Shown here one piece after another: positions 12,534-24,415 of a stretch of 50,546 nt of DNA. The translations under genes and the position numbers were made by a program. This DNA is from Parasitella parasitica NRRL 2501 (lineage: Eukaryota; Fungi; Mucoromycota). Below the pieces are notes generated by a model, which was not told the origin of the DNA, made no database searches, and saw only the letters and a list, made by a program, of their open reading frames with translations. Location: positions 4,055 to 54,600 of the forward strand of contig MU619399.1 in the NCBI GenBank assembly GCA_025201805.1. Reading direction: 5' to 3'. How positions within the stretch are numbered: position 1 is the first letter of the stretch; every line of letters starts with the position of its first letter.

Positions 12534-13313
12534 ATGGTTGCCGAGAAGAAAAGATCAAAACGTGAGAAAAAGGCAGATGCCTTTAAAAAGAGAACAAAGA
12601 AGCCTCAGTTCAGTGAGGAGATGGCTGTGCCTGCTGCCGATGAGATTCCCGAAACGCCTGCCAAAGAAAATGCGGAAGAGACAAAAGCAGAGAAAACCAA
12701 AGCTGCTGTTGCTGCACCAAAACGTAAAGCTGGGGAATCTATCGACATCCCTGCTGAAGAATCCACTACTGAAGCTCCCAAAAAGAAGAATAGAAGAAGC
12801 AAAAAAAGCTCTAATATAGAGGGCAGCAGATATATTGTCTTTGTTGGTAAGGTATCTATCTGCTTTGAAGGGATATAAGGTTAACGATTGAATGAATAGG
12901 CAATTTGCCCTACACCACAACCAAGGAGGACCTGGAAAAACACTTTGAATCAGCAGGAGACATCAAATCTGTGCGATTATTAACAGATAAAGCAACTGGC
13001 AAGCCAAAGGGATTTGCATTTTTGGAATTCGAAAACTCAAAAGATCTCAATAAAGCTCTAGCGTTTCATCACACTTTTTTCAAAAAAAGACAAATCAATG
13101 TGGAATTAACTGCCGGCGGTGGAGGTAATAAGAGTGATGCTCGCAAAGAAAAGCTCAAAGTCAAGAATGAGAGATTAGCAGAGGAGAGAGTAAGTGGTAC
13201 TTGCCGTCCAAGAGACTCTTAATATTAACTATCAGCCGTAGACAAAGAAGCATGAAGAGATGAAGGGAAAAGTTGCGCCCGAGTCATCGTATCAAATAGA
13301 GATTCCTCAATAA
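12534..13313 (+). CDS. NOP6: nucleolar RRM protein, Nop6-like (3 exons)
   Basis: K/E-rich N-terminus, RYIVFVGNLP, RNP1 KGFAFLEF, RQINVELTAGGGG, KLKVKNERL. Confidence 0.82.
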
Positions 13314-14373
13314 ACAATTTGGACATGTAAATGAGAGCATTCCCAAAGTTGAGTTCTAGAAGACGAAATCCCAAGTTTTATGCGATTATATACCGTATAC
13401 AACTCTATTTTTCGTGCATTTCTGTGCGAATTTTCTGGGGCGCTTTCACGATGAAAAACTCTACTTTAGGCAGCCATATCTACATCACTTTGCATGGTTA
13501 ATTAATGTAATAGTAACAAAACAATACCCTACGTCTTGGCTTTCTAACGGTGGTAATTGTACGCCTGTGGAGTTTCTACAAAACGCACGCTCCAATTTTG
13601 AAAACTGCTTTTTATCGAGGGGAAAAAAAAAAAGTTGAAAATCCTGCTCGACATCTCATATCATTTTAAAAGTGTGAAACATATACAAATATAGCCCTGA
13701 AAATTTACTTGAGCGTGATGAATCGTTTAATTTATGAGTTGTGCTTTTTTCGATATGAAACTTCTTTTGTTTTCAGTGTTGTATTACGCACTACTAGCTG
13801 CACTGACAGAATGCATGAATGACCTGACAGATGCCATCAAAGCAAGAATATATAATTGAAACGGAAATATCTATTCCAATTCCAACCCAGAGATATGCAC
13901 AGGTCGTAACTGTATGGTATTGTATTCGCATATTGCATTCCAGGAAGAGAGCAGCATACGTCAAAGATGAAGGAGGTATAATTAGCTATAGTTTTTCCAG
14001 CATCAACTGGTCTGGGTATTATTCCATAATCAAGCAAATTTAGTCGTGCCGCGTTCTATGCTGTGCTCTCTTGACAGGACTATGTCGTCGTAAACATTCA
14101 CATGATGTACGATATTCCATCTGATAAGCAAGTCTGTTGGGCATGGACGCAAGCAAAAAAAAAAAGAATCAAATCATGCAAGGCTCTGATTTCCCCTTGA
14201 TTTTGTATGTGATACAGTGAAATCCCAATCTCGTTCCAACCTATTCATCTTGTACTTAAACTAAAAACTTGAAATATTGCTGCTAGGCTCCATTTGGGAA
14301 TCAAGTGTGCACTCTTTATTAAGCGGGCCACTTCGGTTGATGATGAGGCGCACATTCGGTCATTTTCACTAAT

Positions 14374-14446
14374 CCAATCAGATAAAAAAAATCAAGGTGA
14401 TCTGATTGGGCCAATGTCGCAGTCTTGCGAGAGAATATAATCAGAT
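14374..14446. promoter_or_regulatory. inverted CCAATCAGAT repeat (CCAAT + GATA composite) in the ISU1 promoter
   Basis: CCAATCAGAT 14374-14383, ATCTGATTGG 14400-14409, further CCAAT 14411-14415 and AATCAGAT 14439-14446. Confidence 0.55.
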
Positions 14447-14509
14447 TTTAAAGGAGCCCCCAGTTTAAATTTTTTTTCTTCCCTTTTTCAAAAACACTTG
14501 CTATTCAAC

Positions 14510-15094
14510 ATGTTGCGTACTACTGTCTCTGCACTTAGCAAATCTACTCGTCTTATTCAAAAACCTCTTTCTCTTTCTGGAACACGTTTATACCACGAAA
14601 AAGTAAGCACTCTCAACCAGTTATCGTACAGCTATTAAACATTTCTATAAACAGGTTATTGACCATTATGAACGTCCTCGCAACGTAGGATCTTTTCCCA
14701 AGACTGACATCGATGTCGGTACTGGTCTTGTCGGTGCACCTGCTTGTGGTGATGTTATGAAGTTGCAAATCAAGGTGGATGATGCTTCAGGTAAAATTGT
14801 TGATGTCAAATTCAAGACTTTTGGCTGCGGTTCCGCAATTGCTTCCAGTAGTTTTATGACTGAGCGTGTCCGTGGTATGACACTCGAACAAGCTGGTCAA
14901 ATCAAGAATACCGAAATTGCAAAAGAGTTGTGCTTGCCTCCTGTCAAGTTACATTGTTCGAGTAAGTTTCTAATCGTCATTTTTGATTGGGGTTGGGTAT
15001 GATGACTAATACAGCTCTCGACGTAGTGCTGGCTGAAGATGCTATCAAGTCTGCCATTAACGACTATAAAAAGAAGCGCAGTGCTCGATCGTAA
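14510..15094 (+). CDS. ISU1: mitochondrial Fe-S cluster scaffold Isu1/IscU (3 exons)
   Basis: presequence + YHEKVIDHYERPRNVG, GAPACGDVMKLQI, KTFGCGSAIASSS, LPPVKLHCS-LAEDAI. Confidence 0.97.
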
Positions 15095-15538
15095 ATCATT
15101 GGAGACAGCACTATAAAGTACAGTTGATCCCAAACACCTATCCGCATCCTTATTTATTACAACGATTTTTTTTTTTTTTTTTCTGAAAAAAAAAAAAAAA
15201 GCCCTTGCACGCAATCAGTCTGACAAACACGTACTTTATGATTAAATTCTTCATCTTGTAAATAAATTTCTTGGTTATAACTGTATAAAATGCTGTTCTT
15301 GATTAGAAAGCCCAGAGCAGTCGGCTGTTGAATATGACTAAACAACAGGCCCAACAAGGATCATGGTGCTGAAAGCCGGAAAACGAACGAGTACAGAGAT
15401 AAGGTATGAGTGGATGATTGGTGAGCAAGAGTTTTTATTGACAGCAGCAGCCTTGCTCTTTGAAACCCAACTTGTATAAAATGATCAGTTTTGAGATCCC
15501 TGTTTTTACCTTTTTTCATACATTTTCTTGTATTAAAT

Positions 15539-16131
15539 ATGCCAACCACTGTTTCATCCAGAAGTCCAGAAGCCCTTCTTTGTAAGTTGTATTCGCTGCA
15601 ATTAGCCTCAATGCCTAACAAATCTCATTACTAGCATTTACCACTAATACAGCGACATCACTGCTACCATGCTCATCAAAAAAACTGCAGAGAAACAGCA
15701 CAATTCAGAAATCAAACACCAAGCATCATTTACCACCACTCGACGAATTCATTGCAACTGTATTTAAACGATCCAAGCTATCACCGTGTGTCTGCCTGGT
15801 GTCTCTCATATATCTCCAGCGATTGAAAACCGGCCTACCTAGTCATGCTCGCGGAGACATTGATACACCTTATCGCCTCTTTCTAGCTGCAATTCTTACT
15901 GCATCAAAATTTTTGTCTGAAACTGGTACTTGCCTTACCAGCCAAGCGATTGTCGTTATGACTGATCATGTTTACACGCCCAAAGATGTGAATTTAATGG
16001 AGCGAAGCTTTCTTGGCCTTATCAAGTACAATTTGTTTGTAAATGTAGAAGCAATCAAGGCGTATTTAGACATACATGGAAAGACTTTGGAAATGGATCT
16101 AGTGGAAGAGGTTCTGGACCAGCATTTGTAG
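15539..16131 (+). CDS. Pho85 cyclin (PCL1/2-like) family protein (2 exons)
   Basis: LPPLDEFIATVFKRSKL...LVSLIYLQRLK...YRLFLAAILTASKF...DVNLMERSFLGLIKYNL cyclin box; gtaagt...tag intron after codon 14. Confidence 0.85.
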
Positions 16132-18089
16132 TATTATGCTTGGTAACCTTAAATTCCTAAAATCAACAAACGTGTGCAAAATATCACACACACAACATGA
16201 ACACAGCAATGTGATTTCCAGGGAGACGAAATATTGATCATCATATTATTATACCCAACAATCGCTTTTTTTTTTTTTTTTTTTGTATTGCTTCTCTTTT
16301 ATTCTGTACATATCTATCCATTATACGCATCTACTTGCTATTCTATAATCGTTATTCCTTAATACACTTTTTACAGGCTGCTCCTCTGCCTCTTATTTGT
16401 GGCAAGAAGGAACCCTTTATTTTAATTAACTTTTTGTTGATTTCCTCCATACATCCTTTGACTCCGCCACTTTCTTGTTCATAACGAACAAAACAAATAA
16501 ACCAAATTCACATCTATTCATCAGATGATCTTTGGAAGCGTTCTTGATACATCCATGTATAAATATATGTATATAGATTTTTTTTATAAAACAAGCGCTA
16601 TAAAATTTCAATACTACAAGAGTGCGAATTCAAATGCTCCGATAAACGCCGTGAAAATATTATCCGTCGAAGATTGTCTTTTTATCTTGCGTTGCACCAG
16701 CAAACGGATGCAACCAATGTGTAACCCAAAAATCCCCACAATTTTATACTTGCGAATTGATAAGTTATCTCTTTGCAGTAGTAATATGTATACATGTGGC
16801 TTAAATTATCAAATTATACCTAATCTACAGGAGATGCAAATATTTGTCGTATGTTAATCTTACAAGAAGCATTCTTGTAGAATGCCTCTATATAGACCGC
16901 CATTCATGTACATGTATTGATGTATTAAATACATGCAATGGATTGTATCATGATTTAGCAAAGAACAATGAATATATCGCTATATTTTGAAAATACGGTT
17001 GCCTCTTTTTATAAATAAGATGTACATACAAACATGCAAACAAAAGACTCTTTTGTGTACTACTCGACAATGCAATTTGAAATTAAAGACAGGACTGGTG
17101 CGACCAAAATTATTGATTATACATGTTTTATTTTACTCTTTGAATATAGGTATAATTGAATCATTAAAATGTGCAATTATACTTGCAAGAAATTGATCTT
17201 CTAATAAAAGCCCACCCCTATTCTATTTTTCGCACGAAGATGACAAAAGCAGGCGTGATTTCCTCTTTTGCGCAAAATATGCTGTCGGGTTTAAACGAGA
17301 TGTCCCATTCCTCATTCGTGAAAATCAGCAGACAAATGACATTACCCTTATTGCATTCAAATATACGGGTATTACTGCCGTGCTTTCGAAAAAGCTCTAT
17401 ACTCCTCATTAAATGCATCGAAAATGTAAAATGTTGCTCAAAAAAGCAGACAAATTACTTTACTGGTTGGAATTACTTCAATCGGTCCATTTGGGCCGAG
17501 TACCCTTTCCTGAACTTCTGCTCTTTAGATAAAAAGAAAGGAAAATTATGAGGCCCCTGCAATTGTGATTATTGCTGCTTCATTTCAAAAAAAGGTGCTT
17601 TTGAAACTAATTTGCTTAACACCTGACTACATAAGAAACTCACTGTATTTCTCTAGTGGATTATTGAGGATATTAATATCAGCAATGAACTTAAGCGGTT
17701 TAAAATAGCTTCGAGCAAATCAAATATTAAAGGGAATATGAACGATATGATGATTTTGTGAATTCATTGGGATACCTAAAAAGTTCCTGGTAATGGCACT
17801 CTAATATTTATTTATTGTAGAGCACTTTCATTTGATATTTCTGTCGTTTTCGCCTATTAACTGACCTGGAGGTTGAATCTCATCTCAATTCCAACATTGA
17901 CACTGACATTCAAATGGATTTGCATAAAGACTTTTAGAAACCAGGACCAGAGCAAAACTGGCTTCCTTTTTCAATCATTAATAAAGACCTTACGTTCTCC
18001 GTGATATAATCGCTTGTAGTCTCTTTATTTAATTGTCTTTGGAAATAATTGTTATTCATATCGAAATAACTCTCAATTTTCATTCATGC

Positions 18090-18906
18090 TGTCTGCAAAT
18101 GACTCTATAACCAAGTACATAGGTTCCCAAACACGCCTATGGGTTGAAAAGGATATCGAAAGCTTATATGAGGCTCCTCCAACAACCACAACCAATCTTC
18201 TTCTCTGGCGTGAGAAGCTAAGGGTATTTATATAGCACACACATATACCTTATACTTAGATATATCAGTACTTTATTTTTACAACAATAATTCCTTCGTT
18301 TATTTTAGGCCATGAAGCTTGACTGGCTTAGGATGAAGAACGAGTGCAAAAATATAATGAACAAAGCCCATGAAGCCAAAAAAGATCACGAAGTTTTTGC
18401 GTCTTACATATTATTTGATATGTAAGTATTATACGACACATACCCGAAATAATATTACTAATGATAAGATATAGTGTTCCACAATTAACAAAATATGTTG
18501 ACGAAGATGAAAAAGGTGAAGACACCTTCGTTAAAAATTACTTGGAATGCTTTCTGGCGAACATCTTTTCGATTGAAGAGTTGATTTATCAATCCTGGTG
18601 ATATTAGTAGTTATTTTGAATATAGAAATATGTTTCAGTAACCCTAAATCACGAAGAGCAAAAAATTTGGTGTTGAACAACAAAATTGATGACCAAGTCA
18701 AACCTGATTGGATAACATATGTAAAGCCATGGCTCAAGAAATTCAATATTGTTGCATGTGAAGTCAAACCACCCTCGAAGGTTGGACGAGGTGATATATC
18801 CGATTATGTAAAGCTTGGAATTGAGATGAAAGATATGCTGAATGAAATTATGGACGCAAGAGTGGCTTCTGCTTCGGTCTCAATATGTTGCCGAAGCGAA
18901 GGCTGA
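18090..18906 (+). pseudogene. decayed PD-(D/E)XK nuclease-like ORF of a repetitive family
   Basis: fragment KPDWITY...ACEVKPP...DYVKLGIEMKDMLN has the PD..EVK..D..KL pattern; upstream frames interrupted by stops and frameshifts. Confidence 0.45.
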
Positions 18907-19011
18907 AAATGTGGTAAATGCTCTCAGAGCCGCGCTTTATTTCGTATATGATGTTCTGAGGCAGGCCTCTCTTATAATAAACACCAACCATGATCGTGTT
19001 ACTTAATTGTA

Positions 19012-20412
19012 CAGTGCTAACTAAAAAAATGATTGACCGTTTGTTATGAAATGATTGTCCTTAAAGAGAATTCAATTTTGCCGATTTCTTTATCAGATTG
19101 TCATTTAGGTATAAATGAATGTTTATTAAAACAAGTAGCTAACCAGAACTAAATTCGCGTCTTTAATTAACCAATTTGCATTCTTTCTAAATAAATTTTT
19201 TATCACGTATTCAAACACTGGAAAAATTGTGTTGGTTAATGGTCAAGGAGATATTGTTGACGAAAATGGAAATGAGGCTATGGACTGGGGAAGAGGACGT
19301 CAATTCCCACAGCATTGAGCAGCTTCACTCAATATTCCGGTAACCAACCACCATATCGCGACATGAGTGGCCCAGAACTTTCCAAAAAAAAAAATGGAAG
19401 AAGCAAAGAGGGTATTAGCAGCGTGTGATAGAAGTTCAAACAAGTATGCCGATTATTCTAATAACCAAAAAAAACTTTACCTACAGCTTAAGCTTTAAAG
19501 TGCTGCAACTAGAAAAACCGCAGCCATTGTACGTACTAGGCAGGATTGGGCCGAGAAACTTTAGAGAAGATCCTAATCGGAATATTTACGAGAAATAAAC
19601 CAACAAAATTCGGCCATGACAAAAAAAATCAGTTTCAAGAGGAACAATAAAGCACATTTGATCGATTTTTTTGATGAAAATCCTCAAGCCCGAGTATCTG
19701 ACATTGTTAATGAGCTCACTAGAAAAAAAAAACTGTTGCTGGAAAATTCATATCAGCAGAATGTAATTTGAGTATCAAAAAAAATCACTCGCCATTCAGT
19801 TACTAGAAGTCAAAGTGCTAAAATTAAAAAAAGACGTGAATGGGAAGAAGCTTGGTCGAACACTGCTATGGACTACACCAAAAACTGTATTTTCATCGAC
19901 GAGAGCGCCTTTGATATCAACATGAAACCACTTACGGCGAGATCAATTAGAGGCACTCCTGCCATAGTTATCACACCTTCAGCACGAGCAGTTAGTCATA
20001 CAATTCTCGGCACAATCTCTGTGATTGGAGTAGTTAACATGAAAATTCGTATTCCTAATACCCAAAAGAATTAAAGTTGTAGGGGCTCGGAAAAGAAAGA
20101 CAACAGCAATAAAAAAAACACCAGGTGGAACCAATGCTAGTCACTATACCAACTTTATCAATAAAACTATGGATGATGTGGATAAGTATTCACAATTTAA
20201 AGATTTTTATATAACCATGGATAACTCGTCTATTCATGGGAAAAACGGCGAGCTTAGCCTCTGTAATTAATTTGACCAAAATATTGGTCAATTTATTTGT
20301 AAGAAGTGGTTAACTTATTTTCGAAGAGATGGTCAAATTAACTTTAAATATTTGGGTAAAAGAGCCTCTCATTTTAGCCCCAATCTTTTTCAAAAGTGGT
20401 CGGGAAGCACTG
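19012..20412 (+). mobile_element. degenerate Tc1/mariner-IS630 (DDE_3) DNA transposon
   Basis: frameshifted transposase pieces NGQGDIVDENGNEAMDW, NCIFIDESAFDINM, SHTILGTIS, GTNASHY..FI, FYITMDNSSIH; TA|CAGTGCT at 19010 and AGCACTG|TA ending 20414 (ends tentative). Confidence 0.8.
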
Positions 20413-21286
20413 TAATTCCAATTTACATTACCAGATAAACACACTTAAATGTTGTGTCATTATGAGTCTATCGATTAAACGTTACTAAATCAGCAATGTT
20501 TTTGCTAGTACATTTTGCATAAAATAAGATATCAGATAAACATATACCACTGATTTGGGGCGAGTTGAGAAAATTGCGCTTATCAAATACATAGCTAATA
20601 TCTTCATCGATGCCCAATACTTGGTCAACGCTGCATTTTGCAGTAATTCAGTAAAGTATAGCTTATGTTGCCACTTTAACATTTTCTTTGACTCAATTTA
20701 ATCAGTTAAATAAGCTTCCACACGCTAAATCAGATGTCAACTAGTTATCTCTACAAATATCAAAATCACACAAACATCCAAACATTTATATGGAACAACC
20801 AGTGCTTCATTAGTTTTTATGATAAAGCACTAGGTAGCATCTACAGGTTTTGGGGAACCTTTTGATATCGTTTTAAGACTGGAAAGAGTCAAAATTATAA
20901 TAACACTGTACATTGTCGATCACAAAACGTGATACTGACTCATCAGTACTAGAAAATGCTCAAAGAAACGAGATACTGTATAGAATACCAAACTACGATA
21001 TGCATATATATTCTTTGGAAATTAAGGCTTGCTTTGGCTCCCTCTTTCTGATTAACTGGCAGTTAAATATACATGTACCGGATTATATCAAGGACGATAC
21101 TGGAATCAGTAACAGAACCTTTCTGTACCCCTCGAGTATGGTTTCTCTATGTCGATGTATTTTGCGGTTCCAACATAGCGTTACATCTCACAGCGATTGC
21201 CTGCTTTAACCGGTCCGGACATGCTTGATGAAAACCTCTCTTTGCTGGAAACAATCAAGAAAAGTTTTCTTTCTTGCTGAGCATTC

Positions 21287-22851
21287 ATGACAGAAATCAA
21301 AATCGAAAACGCGCGACTTCGTCAACGCATTGCAGAATTAGAAGCAGAGCAAAATGGCCCTGCTGCTTACACACCAGACGACATGGCACCACCTTTCCAA
21401 AAAGTAGAGAAACTCTCAAACGATGAAATTTTCCGGTTTGGACGTCAGTTAGTTACACCTGGATTTGGTTATGAATGTAAATGTGCCATGCAGCATATAG
21501 TGCTTTTGCTAATAAAGTGATTCACAAAACAGCCCAATTGAAGCTTCGTAATACTACGTTTCTTGTTGTTGGAGCTGGTGGACTTGGATCCCCTGCCACT
21601 CTTTATTTAGGCGCTGCTGGTGTTGGCCGTCTTGGAATTGTCGACCATGATACAGTCGATACCAACAACTTGCATCGGCAGGTAATTCACACTGACGCCC
21701 GCAAAGGCGTGAACAAAGCTGTTTCTGCAGCCATGTCTATCAAAGCGTAATACCGATATTTCCTGTGAATTTTTCGAGATAATGTTAACCCCATTCTGTA
21801 GCGTTTATCCTGACGCAGATGTCATTCCATACGCCTATACGTTAGATAGAACAAATGCGTTGGATTTGATCAAGCAGTATGATATTATTATCGATGCGAC
21901 AGACAACATTGCCACTCGCTATCTACTAAGCGATGCCGGCGTATTGGCAGGAAAGCCTATTGTTTCTGGCAGCGCACTCAGGAACGATGGTCAGTTAACC
22001 GTTTACAATTACAATGGCGGTCCATGCTTCCGTTGCCTTCATCCTGTACCTCCGCCTGCTTCTACAGTAGGAAAGTGCGTAGACAATGGTGTTCTGGGTG
22101 TCGGTAATGCTTTCCTTTCTGAACGAGTATGACTGATTCCATCTAATTTGATCGAGATAGTGCCTGGCGTTATTGGTACGCTAGAAGCGCTTGAAGCCAT
22201 CAAAGTTGCGTTAAGCACTCCTTGTATGGATACTCCTAGCTTCTTGATCTTTAGTGGCATGAGCAATCCCATGTTTCGGACCATGAAGCTTCGCAGTAGA
22301 AAGAAAGACTGTGCTATTTGTGGTGAGCACCCAACGATGACCGAGCTTGTTGATTATGAGCAATTCTGTAGCGGTGCTGCTGATGACAAGACGGTAGACC
22401 AAGAAATATTGCAAGCCGATGAGCGGATCAGCGTTCAAGTAAGTCTTGCTTGCTTGTACAAAAAAATCACAGTAACGAATACTGCTTAGCAATACAATGA
22501 CATTGTCCAGCATAGCCAAGATCATTTGCTGGTGGATGTGCGACCCAAAGTCCAGTATGGCATCTGTTGTCTGCCCAACAGTATAAATATCCCCATCGAT
22601 GAATTAGAAAAGAATCTCGGCCTGATTCAAGAAAAAAGACAGGATAAAGACGGTATTTGGTTATATGTATAGTAGATATTTATTACGGATTACTGATGAA
22701 TTAAATAGTGTATGTAATTTGTAGATTGGGAAATGATTCCCAAGTCGCTGTTCGTATGATGCAAAAAGCTGGCATTGACAGAAGCAAAGATATCATAGGA
22801 GGCCTGCTAAAGTGGTCAAAATCAATCGATAGCACATTTCCTATCTACTAG
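21287..22851 (+). CDS. UBA4: Uba4/MOCS3 adenylyltransferase-sulfurtransferase (multi-exon)
   Basis: ThiF/MoeB motifs [35 protein letters not shown]; rhodanese domain LVDVRP...[10 protein letters not shown]; ends IDSTFPIY*. Confidence 0.95.
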
Positions 22852-23649
22852 ATTTCACAGGTACATCTGCTGCGATCAAAGGAATGTAAAAAATAAACGA
22901 GAAAACCCCAAAGAAAATTGATACATTATAAAAATCGCACCAGCCATTGTGTTGGCCGGGTGAGCAGGTATACTTTACCCACTCGCCAACGATGCCAGAA
23001 CCCCACATAATTAAAAACAATGCATCAACTGCAGTCAAAATAATCTTCTTATTGGCGAGCGCCTCACACTTGCAAATGATCAAGTATGCGCGAAAGCAAG
23101 AGTAGATGAAGGACATAACGGCCTGCTCGTTGTCATTAGATCAAAAGGCTTTGCAATAATATTTAAAAAGACCTACCACAGTGCCAAGGAAGTGAAAGCA
23201 AGCGCTTGATGTGAATGGAATAGACTGGCCAGAGTACTATGTCTACCTTTTAGTCGTCAAGTGAAACAAAAATGTCAATATAAACTTACAGGAGAGGCGC
23301 CCAGTGCAAACCCGAAATGGCCGATAGCACAGAAAATTAACGCAAAGCTGCTGGCTCGAGATAACGAACGCAAAATTTGAGTCTTTTTAGAAGGAGTACT
23401 GCTACTGGCAGCTGTATAATCAGGTTGTCTAGAGTTGTAGTCATTATTATTAACGGTAAGCGTAGTTTTCAGTTGGCGACTCAGACGTTCAGGTTCAGTC
23501 TTATTGTTGTCAGTACCAAGATCTGAATTAGCGGGAAAAGATTCTACTTGGAATGGGGGTATATGATTAACTTGATGTCGTACCTCGCCCCATTCAGAGC
23601 ATACTTGGTCTGATACATTTAAAGACATGCTGTCTCTTGATTTCATCAT
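22841..23649 (-). CDS. MARVEL-like multi-TM membrane protein, paralog 1 (exons 23649-23290, 23236-23177, 23124-22841)
   Basis: hydrophilic N-terminus then hydrophobic helices; GHFGFALGASPYSGQSIPF, CSPGQHNGWCDFYNVSIFFG; start codon tentative. Confidence 0.72.
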
Positions 23650-23905
23650 TTTTAAATCAGGTAATTTCTTATTGTTCAGTAAATAAAAACATGAAGAAAG
23701 TGCGAGATTCACGGTATTTATACATGCAGTTTGCTCACAATGTAGTATTTGCCATTGAAGCAGACTAGCGGAACAATTACACGACTCTTTGTGCGCCATG
23801 TTTGAGTAAACGGTTGTCTTCTTTATGACTTTTTGAAGACCTCATTCTACTTGCCCTTTCTTCATCTCTTTGTCTCTTTGTCTGTCTTTTTTTTTTACAA
23901 CTAAA

Positions 23906-24190
23906 ATGGCTGTTGACGCCTTGCCCCCCTAGCGCGAATATTACAATTAATATTCTTATTTGCCAGGTGATTTCTCACACGTGCTTACAGATGTCTTTGT
24001 AATAATTGGATGTACATGTACACACACAGCGAGATTAATGTAGGAAAAAATGGTTGCGTTTCTGCATCCTCTAAAGACTTGCAAAGATGTGAGCTATTAC
24101 AATGACCAGCATGCTGAAATCTGTACTATTCTCAAAGGTGAAAGCACTATAAAACCTCTGGTAAAAGTCGATACCAAAGAGCTTATTGAG
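23906..24190 (+). pseudogene. decayed 5' fragment of fimbrin (exons 1-2)
   Basis: ATGGCTGTTGACGCC..TAGCGCGAATAT resembles fimbrin ATGGTTGTAAACGCT..CAACGCAAATAT; CTGGTAAAAGTCGATACCAAAGAGCTTATTGAG resembles CTGGTAAAATTGATGTCGAAGAGTTTATCGAG; premature TAG at 23930. Confidence 0.8.
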
Positions 24191-24280
24191 ACAACGATCA
24201 GGATTGTATGAGGGCAGGAATACAAAGAGTTTTATTAAACATATAAAGTTATATGGAATGAATATTTGATTAGCCTGCGG

Positions 24281-24315
24281 TCAATGATCCTTGATCAATG
24301 ATCCTTGATCAATGA
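24281..24315. repeat. 2.5 copies of TCAATGATCCTTGA near the duplication junction
   Basis: direct reading. Confidence 0.85.
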
Positions 24316-24415
24316 ATTAATAAATTAAAATGATTGTATAAGCACAAGCATCGTCGATAAGGCTAAATAGACATTTCAGCAGTTTGGAAAAAAAGTGGCG
24401 TAGACCAGCTACGTT

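Larger units (their letters stand above)
22672..24190. repeat. tandem segmental duplication, copy A
   Basis: collinear similarity to 24416-25869: 26-nt identical block, MARVEL-like gene, upstream region, fimbrin exons 1-2. Confidence 0.85.

Noticed and set aside
14340-14405. C-box (ATGATGA) and D-box (CTGA) pair suggesting a C/D snoRNA
   Set aside because: No terminal stem or recognisable guide; better explained as ISU1 promoter elements
17171-17551. 126-aa ORF in the AT-rich region
   Set aside because: No recognisable motif, non-ATG start; probably a repeat remnant
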